DNA of 56,316 nt from Actinomycetota bacterium. GTDB lineage: Bacteria > Actinomycetota > Thermoleophilia > Solirubrobacterales > JACPNS01. The position numbers and the translations under genes are program-made. Each line of letters starts with the position of its first letter. Position 1 is the first letter of the stretch. Positions 7,895 to 15,513 of this stretch are shown one piece after another. The DNA is taken from positions 1 through 56,316 of the forward strand of contig JACRKX010000008.1 in NCBI GenBank assembly GCA_016219715.1. The letters run 5' to 3'. The notes below the pieces were generated by a model. That model ran no database searches. It had not been told where the DNA came from and saw only the letters and a list, made by a program, of their open reading frames with translations.

Positions 7895-9526
7895 TCAGTT
7901 ACCGGAAGTCACCCCGCTTGACTGTGCCGAACCGTCGGTAACGTCAATCGCGGTGCGGCTTGGTTCCTCGTCATCGTCCAGCCGTGGAACCTCAGCCACA
8001 GGCTTCACGACCGTCACCTCTGGCGAGATGCGCCACGGGTAGTGCGCGACGATTGTGTCGTACAGCTCATGACGCGGGGTGTGTGGACGGACCAGCATTC
8101 GCTTGAGCTCTTGGTGCCAAAGCTCGTATAGATCGGGCTCGTCCTCGACGGACGCGAAGATTGCGTGCCCGAACGGCATCGTCTCACCGAACCTATCCGA
8201 CCCGGCAACCTCACGGCACGCATCGAACATTTCTACAAGCTTGGTCGTTACCTGTCCGTCGACGCCGTTCGCGCCAAGTATCTCCTCAAGCAGCTGAATG
8301 CTGGGAGGGAAGTCGAGAATCCGCATGCGTCGAATGAGCGCTGCGTCGATGTTGACCGCCGATCGGTCTGTTGGGTTGTACGTCGCAAGGATCGCGACGT
8401 TCGGGGCAATCCGGGTCCGCTCGTCGCGACGATACATCGTCGTAAACAAGTCCATTTCATCGCGGTATTCGACATACGTTACGAGTTCTCCCAGGACACG
8501 AGGAAGGTCGGCGCGGGTCAACTCCTCGATGAGAAGCACATATTGGCTGCCAGGATCCTCGATGGCTCGCTGATTGAGTTCGAGGAAAGCACCAGCAACC
8601 ACTTCGACCTCCATCCCCTTGCCATAACGCGGGCCCTCCATGAACTCTTCGTACGTGTATCCCGGGCTGAACTGAACCTCACGGAGGCATCGGTCGGACG
8701 CGTACGCGCGAGCAGCGATGCGGGCGGCGTGGCTCTTGCTGGTACCGGGCACCCCCGCCAGCGCAACGATCGCTCGCCCTCCGTGCTTGGTGAGCGCCTC
8801 AAGTATCCGATCTACGTGGGAGGCGAGATGCAACGGAAGTTCCTCGACCTGCCGTCTCAACTCTTCAGCTTTCTCGGCGCCTGGCGGCATCAATGTTGAC
8901 GAAAGGTTCGCGGGGTCCCATTCGTCGCCACCGAACGGCTCAAGCTGGAGCGACGGTGAGGATGAGACCTTCTCCCATTCGTCAGAGGACAGGCCGAACT
9001 GTTGCCGAGCGATTTCCATGAGATCCGGCCATCCCAATTCGGGATCAAGAGACTGGTCCCGGAGCGCAAGCGCCGCTAGGGCGTCTCGCGGCGGCCAAGC
9101 ATATGGCGCACCACCGAGCGTTTCCGTCACTCGGTCTACAGCGTTGCCAAGCATAGGGTTGCGCCAATCCTCGCCACGAAACATGAAGCGCCCCGGTGAC
9201 GATGGTCCGGCGTAGTCGAGAAAGCTCCCACGATAAGCATCGTTCCTCAGCCACGCGGGCCGACCCTGGCTTCCCCTGAGAGCGATCGTACCGCTGTATT
9301 TCTTCTCAGGAACTCCCTCGGGAGTCGGCAGAAGAGTGAAGAGTTCCTCGACGACGTTCTTGACTGCCGGTGTATCGACTTCAGTCTGCACGCCGTCGCG
9401 GTGGATCGCCTTGAATGCAAGGAACGTCCGAAGCATCGAGTCGGACCGCGTCTTGAGCTTGGTGCCCACCACCGCTCTCAAGGCTGCCTCGACGGCTCGG
9501 TGCCCAATGCGCCTATGGGTGTCCAT
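7895..9526 (-). CDS. mcrB: McrB-like AAA+ GTPase with unrecognised N-terminal domain (start ATG 9526 or GTG 9535)
   Basis: GVPGTSKS; VQFSPGYTYEEFMEG; LLIEELTRA..VLGEL; ATYNPTDRS..IDAALIRR. Confidence 0.88.
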   Translation of the reverse strand: MDTHRRIGHRAVEAALRAVVGTKLKTRSDSMLRTFLAFKAIHRDGVQTEVDTPAVKNVVEELFTLLPTPEGVPEKKYSGTIALRGSQGRPAWLRNDAYRGSFLDYAGPSSPGRFMFRGEDWRNPMLGNAVDRVTETLGGAPYAWPPRDALAALALRDQSLDPELGWPDLMEIARQQFGLSSDEWEKVSSSPSLQLEPFGGDEWDPANLSSTLMPPGAEKAEELRRQVEELPLHLASHVDRILEALTKHGGRAIVALAGVPGTSKSHAARIAARAYASDRCLREVQFSPGYTYEEFMEGPRYGKGMEVEVVAGAFLELNQRAIEDPGSQYVLLIEELTRADLPRVLGELVTYVEYRDEMDLFTTMYRRDERTRIAPNVAILATYNPTDRSAVNIDAALIRRMRILDFPPSIQLLEEILGANGVDGQVTTKLVEMFDACREVAGSDRFGETMPFGHAIFASVEDEPDLYELWHQELKRMLVRPHTPRHELYDTIVAHYPWRISPEVTVVKPVAEVPRLDDDEEPSRTAIDVTDGSAQSSGVTSGN

Positions 9527-9618
9527 GTTCGCCACACCCCCATGGTATGTTGAGCGAGGGATGCCACTGGTGTCACCGAGCAGATTTATCAAGCAATCTC
9601 CGGTGCTACGGGATCTGC

Positions 9619-9687
9619 CGAAGCGGTGCGCAACATCGAATCCGACATCGACGGCGACGGCGACGGGCTGGGCGATAAGACACAGGA
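9619..9687 (+). repeat. Degenerate copy of 14839-14907 (gene remnant encoding IESDIDGDGDGLGDKTQD)
   Basis: ACATCGAAtCCGACaTCGACGGCGAC(ggcgac)GGGCTgGGCGAtaAGACACAGGA aligns to ACATCGAAcCCGACgTCGACGGCGACGGGCTtGGCGAcgAGACACAGGA. Confidence 0.8.
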
Positions 9688-9959
9688 TTCAGTCAGGGTC
9701 TTCCTGCTGCGAATACAAACGCATGAGTGGTCTGGGTCCGCAAGCGTGAGACAAAAAAGTCTCGAAATCTCGTCACAAAACCGCAGTCAGCGCGAATACA
9801 TAAGTGCAGACATATTTCAGATGAGTCTGTGTTCCAGGGAATGTGAGCAGACGTCACACTCGGCAATCCCTGGCGCATTCGTTGACTGGCGGGGGAGAAA
9901 GCCCTAACAAGGCATTTGTCGTTCAGGCACCACCGCACGAAATCTCAGTATCGAAGGAG

Positions 9960-10370
9960 ATGGTGACACTGGATCGGTTCGCAGACAACCTACTTACGTC
10001 GTCCCGAGCGGTCGTCGCACTAGTTGTGGCAACGATCGCGCTCTTGGTCGGCGTCTTGATCGCGCAGCCAGCCTCGGCGCACGTCCAAGACACGCGCTAT
10101 TACTGCACGAATACCGAGGTCGGCGGCGACACCTGGTGCAACGGTGGTAGCCCAGCCAACTTCCACGAGAACCGCGCCTACACCTACGGGGGTCACTGCG
10201 TGGGCGTTCGGTTCATTCGCGTCTCGGACAACGCCGTTCTGTATCGCTACCTGGCGACCAACTGGGTGTCGTCGGGTTATCGCGATGCCAGCTACCGCTG
10301 GACACAGGCCGCGAATTGCTCGAACATCCCTTGGACCATCAGCGCAGCCGCTGACTACCACTACCCCTAA
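9960..10370 (+). CDS. Small secreted protein with 4 Cys (start approximate)
   Basis: AAGGAG at 9954; hydrophobic stretch ending AQPASA; ~96-aa mature region rich in Tyr/Trp/Asn. Confidence 0.7.
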   Translation: MVTLDRFADNLLTSSRAVVALVVATIALLVGVLIAQPASAHVQDTRYYCTNTEVGGDTWCNGGSPANFHENRAYTYGGHCVGVRFIRVSDNAVLYRYLATNWVSSGYRDASYRWTQAANCSNIPWTISAAADYHYP

Positions 10371-10388
10371 AAAGGAGATCAGTTCTAC

Positions 10389-11093
10389 ATGCTTATGAAT
10401 CGTGCGAAAGGACTTACGCGCGGCGGTGTCGCGGTACTCATCGTGCTGGTCGGCCTGGCCGTGGCGGCTGTTGTTGCTGTCGCAGGACCATCAATCGTCT
10501 CGGGCCCCGAGGGGTCCAAGGTGGTAGAAGGCAGTTCGCAATCGACGCCACCGTCGATGACCAAGCCTCAGTCCGAAATGGCCGCGCAGGCTCTCGAACA
10601 GGCGCGGGCGAAGTTCAGTTCACTTCGCGCCGCCGAATCCGCCGCAGACAAACTGCCCGAAGCAATCAATCGCTCTTCGATCGCCAAGAACTTTGCCGGG
10701 CCAAACGCGGCCAGGAAAGTCGGCACTTCGAAATCCGGTATCGACTTCTTCGCCATTCCAGTCGTGCCTGGAGCAGAGTTGCAGTTTGATGACGCTGGCG
10801 TCTGTGTCTTAGAGGAAAACGGCGCGGGATCGTGCCAGTCGATCGATGAGATCGAGCAAGGACAGTCCCTTGTCTACGCGGACCACCTCCCGGAGTTGCC
10901 GAGCGGATACGCGCGGCTGCGAGGCTTCATGCCCGACGGAGTTGATGAAGTCAAGATCGCGACTAGCGACGGAAAGTCGTTGACAGTTCCGGTGAACGGC
11001 AACTTGTTCGTTTACGAAGCCGACTTCAGCCCCGTCAGCATCAGCTGGTCACTCAACGGCAATCAGCACTCGCGGGCGGTTCCGGGCGCGTAG
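10389..11093 (+). CDS. Membrane-anchored/secreted hypothetical protein
   Basis: AAGGAG RBS right after the upstream stop; N-terminal TM; C-x8-C; G..PDGV..V...V.V.GN.F motif. Confidence 0.75.
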   Translation: MLMNRAKGLTRGGVAVLIVLVGLAVAAVVAVAGPSIVSGPEGSKVVEGSSQSTPPSMTKPQSEMAAQALEQARAKFSSLRAAESAADKLPEAINRSSIAKNFAGPNAARKVGTSKSGIDFFAIPVVPGAELQFDDAGVCVLEENGAGSCQSIDEIEQGQSLVYADHLPELPSGYARLRGFMPDGVDEVKIATSDGKSLTVPVNGNLFVYEADFSPVSISWSLNGNQHSRAVPGA

Positions 11094-11116
11094 TAGAAAG
11101 GACGTTCGATCACTAA

Positions 11117-11172
11117 ACAACACGTCGTGCGAGGCTTATGGGGATCGCTTTCAGCTCAGCACGACGTGTTGT
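11117..11172. repeat. 14-bp perfect inverted repeat (hairpin) after the two-gene operon
   Basis: ACAACACGTCGTGC (11117-11130) and GCACGACGTGTTGT (11159-11172). Confidence 0.8.
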
Positions 11173-11315
11173 GGTCGATGATCGGCTCAGACTCATCTGC
11201 CGATCTCGTCCTGAGTTGATTCACATGCCTGAACTCGACGCCGTAGAGTCCAAGCCGGTGTCTGTTCGGCTTGCCGCACTTCATAATCGTCGCGGCTTGA
11301 CCGACAAGGACGACG

Positions 11316-12443
11316 ATGAGATTTCGTCGCCACGCAGCGAGGGTCACTGCTTCACTCGCCATTTCGGTAACCGGACCGTTGCTCGCTCCGACGGTTTCGA
11401 TTGCCGTTGAAACTGTGGCCGCAGTTGAACCGACCCAGGCCGCGCTTGGTGGCAAGTACGTGTATTACCGCCTCCCGGTTCCGTACGGCAGTAGAGATTC
11501 TGGCTCTCCGCGCCTTCTGCGAGTCGATCGCGTTTCTCACCTCACACGAACCATTTACACGCCTCCGCGCGGCTGGGCCATCACAGACTTCCGCGAACGG
11601 AATGGACTGTTATCGGTTCTAATTGATCCCGAGCCGTCAGACGACGTAGGCACCGCACGGCTGCTGACGATGAACGCCGACGGCAGGCGAAGGAGAACGA
11701 TCGATTCCGTCACCGACTCCGGAAAACGCCTGCCGTGCTTCAAGTCATTGAGTCTCGTCGCGATCACGGAAAGCAAACGCACCATCGCCAACCAGGTCGC
11801 GTTTGAACGCTCCGCCGGAGGTCAATGCAACCCGCCGCGCACCGTCGTTCGGACGATCTCCAGTGACCGACGCGGTTCGCGAGTCAGGTTGTCCAGCGCC
11901 TCGCTTGCTCCGCGGCGCCGAGAATTGCGCTCATTCCCATCTCGGGAGTACTTATTCGCTGTGTCACAGATAGTCATGGACGCGACTGACCGTTGGCTCG
12001 TTCGATTCCGGTGGGATTCACAATCGATCGCACTGACCGACCGGATCACCGGTGCGCGCACCGTTCGCCACGTCGGCTTGATGCCGGACGTCTTGCAGGT
12101 TTGGGAGGACGGAGCCGTTCTCGCTGGTTACCACGACTACTCCGAGATACACCCGAATGACCTCCTCTGGATCACTCCATCGCAGAGCGCGCCTGTCGAA
12201 CTCTTGCGCGACGGAGCCAGTTCACGGTTTCAACGATGTGGCAACGCGATCATCAACGTCTATTGGCCTCAGTCGCCACCTGGCGTCGAGCAGCCTCGAT
12301 TGGCCGTTCATGACCGCAGCGGCGCATTGGTGCGCGATGTCGCCGAATCGCTTCCGGCCAGCGCAACGCTTGAGGACTGCGACGGAGAAACAGCGCTTTT
12401 CTCGACCGCCTCGCCGCCACGACTGTTAGCGGTTGACTTGTGA
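11316..12443 (+). CDS. Hypothetical exported protein, possibly beta-rich/propeller
   Basis: 375-aa ORF; basic N-terminus then hydrophobic stretch; beta-strand-like segments; no family recognised. Confidence 0.55.
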   Translation: MRFRRHAARVTASLAISVTGPLLAPTVSIAVETVAAVEPTQAALGGKYVYYRLPVPYGSRDSGSPRLLRVDRVSHLTRTIYTPPRGWAITDFRERNGLLSVLIDPEPSDDVGTARLLTMNADGRRRRTIDSVTDSGKRLPCFKSLSLVAITESKRTIANQVAFERSAGGQCNPPRTVVRTISSDRRGSRVRLSSASLAPRRRELRSFPSREYLFAVSQIVMDATDRWLVRFRWDSQSIALTDRITGARTVRHVGLMPDVLQVWEDGAVLAGYHDYSEIHPNDLLWITPSQSAPVELLRDGASSRFQRCGNAIINVYWPQSPPGVEQPRLAVHDRSGALVRDVAESLPASATLEDCDGETALFSTASPPRLLAVDL

Positions 12444-12470
12444 CCGTCGGCGTCGCATTGCCGAGCCTGC

Positions 12471-14021
12471 TCAGCGCAACGGCACGCGCATAGTCGTCTT
12501 CTTGGCCGCAGCGCCGGTGGTGGTGCTCCGCAAGACCAACGGCGCCGTCCGCTTCTTGAAGCGCCGAAGCGCCTTCAGCCCACTCGATGTCAGACGCAGC
12601 GTCGCCTTGCCGACACCGGCCGCGCCGAGCGCTCCCTGGGCGGAGCCGAGCTTGGACCGGCCGAGCGACAGCGAAAACTGCACCGCGCAAGCCTGCGAAC
12701 ACGCGAACTCGATGTTCAGGCGTTTCGACCGCCGCAGCGCCGCCAATGATCTGGGCGTTGATGGGGCAGCCAGTAGCTGCGGCTTCGCCGAAACAACGTC
12801 GTCGTCGAGGATCTGCACCGTCGTGATCGGCGACAGGACCAGCGCTCCACCGGTCGGGCTCGTCAGCTCAACGGCGAATACCTGTGCGCCATCGATCGCG
12901 CTGTCCTGGATCAGCGGGACAACGATCTCCTTGGTGCGTTCGCCGGCGACGAATTCGAGCGTGCCCTGGACTGGTACGTAATCTTGCCCGGCTATCGCTG
13001 TGCGATCAATCGTTTGGTACCGCACGCTCGCCGGAAGCAGCGTGTCACCTGTCCGCTCGACCCGCACCGCCACCGACGAGCCCTCGGCGCCAACCTGCAA
13101 GCCAGTCGGCAGAAAGCCGCCGCCCCGGGCAATCGTCAGGCCGGCGAGCCGACCGGCGCCGATGGCTCCGAGCGACGCCGAGGCTGCGCCGGTCGACAGG
13201 TTGAGCGTGTGCAGGTCCGACCCCAACGCCCCGGACGGGGCCACCGCTGCCCACCCGACCCCAGTGCCGCCAGACGAACCTGGAGCGATGTCAAGAGCGA
13301 CGAAGCTGGAGGCGTCAATGCCCAGTGAACCAATCGTGAACAGCAGTCCGCCGTTCGGCGAGGGAGCACCGTTGACCCCGCCTTGACGTACGAGAATGTC
13401 CTGTGCCGAATCGACCCCGAACAGCGTCGTCCCCGTCGCTGGATCGTTGTCGTTGCGGTCGTACGCGATATCGACAACGTTGGGACCGTCGCCGGCATTG
13501 ACATCGCCGGCATCGAAGGCCAAGTTCGTGTCGGGGTCCACCACGGACGTACCAAGGTTGGTGTCGACCGGGTCGAGCGTGATCGGGTTGAATCTGAGAT
13601 TCTGATCTCCGGTGTTGACCAATCGCAGCCGGTCGACCGCCGGATTGAAGTCAACGCCGATCGACCCAGCCGGACTGAACACCCCGGTATCGATGTCGCT
13701 GGCCTGGGTCGCGGCGCCGTCGAACGCGGCTATCGCGAGCACTCGGCCGACGCTGGTGTACGCGTAGATCTGGCCGGTCGCCGGACGCTGGTCGATCGAG
13801 CGGACCAGTTCGCCGGTAAGCATGCCCGTCAACGGCGAGCTGGTGATCGTGGAACTCGGCGCTGACGTGTCGAACGTCACGACCTTTGGGTCGACACCGG
13901 CCGTGACGCCGACGGCGATCTCGCCTGCCGACGCAGTCGACGCCCCGACCGCGAATACGGCCGCTACCGCAATCGCGCACACTCCAGACTTCTGCCGAAT
14001 ACCCATACGATCCCGCTCCAA
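12471..14021 (-). CDS. Secreted DUF4394 + Calx-beta domain protein with basic C-terminal domain
   Basis: IDQRPATGQIY and GVDFNPAVDRLRLV (DUF4394); V.Y.T.D.TA.AG.DY....GTLEF.AGE..K.I...I.DDD (Calx-beta). Confidence 0.85.
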   Translation of the reverse strand: MERDRMGIRQKSGVCAIAVAAVFAVGASTASAGEIAVGVTAGVDPKVVTFDTSAPSSTITSSPLTGMLTGELVRSIDQRPATGQIYAYTSVGRVLAIAAFDGAATQASDIDTGVFSPAGSIGVDFNPAVDRLRLVNTGDQNLRFNPITLDPVDTNLGTSVVDPDTNLAFDAGDVNAGDGPNVVDIAYDRNDNDPATGTTLFGVDSAQDILVRQGGVNGAPSPNGGLLFTIGSLGIDASSFVALDIAPGSSGGTGVGWAAVAPSGALGSDLHTLNLSTGAASASLGAIGAGRLAGLTIARGGGFLPTGLQVGAEGSSVAVRVERTGDTLLPASVRYQTIDRTAIAGQDYVPVQGTLEFVAGERTKEIVVPLIQDSAIDGAQVFAVELTSPTGGALVLSPITTVQILDDDVVSAKPQLLAAPSTPRSLAALRRSKRLNIEFACSQACAVQFSLSLGRSKLGSAQGALGAAGVGKATLRLTSSGLKALRRFKKRTAPLVLRSTTTGAAAKKTTMRVPLR

Positions 14022-14100
14022 CCCTTAGCCTCCGGCCGCGATCGTCGCGAGCCCATGTGGCTGCGATAACGCGATCCCGCGTACGCGGCGTCATCACAAA

Positions 14101-14126
14101 CTAATGGATTTCGCTAATGGATTTCG
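14101..14126. repeat. Perfect 13-nt tandem direct repeat in a divergent promoter region
   Basis: CTAATGGATTTCG twice. Confidence 0.85.
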
Positions 14127-14230
14127 TCGCATGCTTGCCCGCCAGCAAGCAAGCGGACCCAGCTCGGCGAGATCGCGTGCTCGAGCGCCGCAGATCCTGC
14201 GATCCGCGGGACGTGCGGTAACTTGAGGAA

Positions 14231-15262
14231 ATGCCGCCCCGTATCGTTCGCATCTGGATGGTGGTTGCACTCGCGACTGTCGCGCTTGCCACCACGGCTT
14301 CCGGCGCGACGGCAGCGACCACCGTCGGCGGCAAGCTCGACTCCACACCGACCTCGTACGGCTGTGTGGGCTACGGCCCCGGCGTAGTCATGCCTGGGGT
14401 GACTATCGGTTGCACAATTCAGCAGACCGTCGCCGCACCCGCGTTCTCAGTCGGCTCAACGAGTCCAATCGCAACCGGTGGCGTCGTGACGCGATTCCAC
14501 ATCCTCACCGGCGCGTCCGGAGCCGGAACCAGCCGCGTGGTCGTCGCGCCACGAGTGCTCAACCCGGCACTGGACGTCGTGGCGACGGGAACTCCGCAGG
14601 ACATTCCGCTTGGCATCGCTGGTGTTCACTCCTTCGACACCCAGCTGCCCGTCACCAGTGGACAGCATCTCGCTATGCATCTCGAGTTCACGGCCGGTCC
14701 GCTCGCGGGATCCGAGACCGTCGGCATCAAATGGGTCTACGTGGCCCCAAGCGGAACCGCCGGTTCAACGGCCAAGAAGTCCGGCACTTTGCCGGGACCC
14801 ACCTCGCTGGCTACGCCCGACAGCACGTCGGCCAACGGCGAAGCGATGGTCGCCTACGACATCGAACCCGACGTCGACGGCGACGGGCTTGGCGACGAGA
14901 CACAGGACACTGCGCCACCCACACTCAAGCAGAGCGTCCGAGCGCGACAAAACGTCGTCAGAGGACGTGGTATCTCGCTGCTCATAACTAGCAGCGAGAC
15001 AGGCACGGTCACGATCGGCGGCTTGGTCAAGGTGGGCGGCGAGTTGGGCTCGCTGACGCTCGCTTCGCGCACAATCGCGGTGGATGCCGGGGTCGCGAAA
15101 CGCGTCCGGCTACCGATACCTGCGCGGCGTCTCAAGAAGATCAAAGCAGCGCTTAAGTCCGGCAAGTCGGTGTCGGTGCGCACGCAAGTGTTCGCGACCA
15201 ACGTGATCGGCCGGTCATCGCAGACGCAATCCAAGACGGTGCGCGCCGCGAAGATCCGATAG
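14231..15262 (+). CDS. Secreted protein with DxDxDG Ca-binding linker and basic C-terminal domain
   Basis: Signal peptide; IEPDVDGDGLGDETQD; K/R-rich C-terminus; TAACTT 6 nt before the ATG. Confidence 0.8.
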   Translation: MPPRIVRIWMVVALATVALATTASGATAATTVGGKLDSTPTSYGCVGYGPGVVMPGVTIGCTIQQTVAAPAFSVGSTSPIATGGVVTRFHILTGASGAGTSRVVVAPRVLNPALDVVATGTPQDIPLGIAGVHSFDTQLPVTSGQHLAMHLEFTAGPLAGSETVGIKWVYVAPSGTAGSTAKKSGTLPGPTSLATPDSTSANGEAMVAYDIEPDVDGDGLGDETQDTAPPTLKQSVRARQNVVRGRGISLLITSSETGTVTIGGLVKVGGELGSLTLASRTIAVDAGVAKRVRLPIPARRLKKIKAALKSGKSVSVRTQVFATNVIGRSSQTQSKTVRAAKIR

Positions 15263-15513
15263 CGGCCGACAGAGGGCCTCGTCGCCGACATCTTTGAAGC
15301 GGTGGTACGGGTTTCGCCGCGCGCTCGAAACCATGAAGGAATCGGCCTCGCCAGGCTTGACCGTTTCGGCCGCATTCGGGTTTCGCATACGCGAACCTGA
15401 AACCGATCGGCGGAGGCAGCAACATCGCCGGTACATACACCTATACCATCCCCTATTTCGAGGTATAGTATTGGGTTGTTGAATTACACACACTTCGCAC
15501 CCAGGGGAGCCGC

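Noticed and set aside
9619-14907. Diversity-generating retroelement TR/VR pair
   Set aside because: No reverse transcriptase in the window; differences include C/T, G/T and indels, so they are not adenine-specific.
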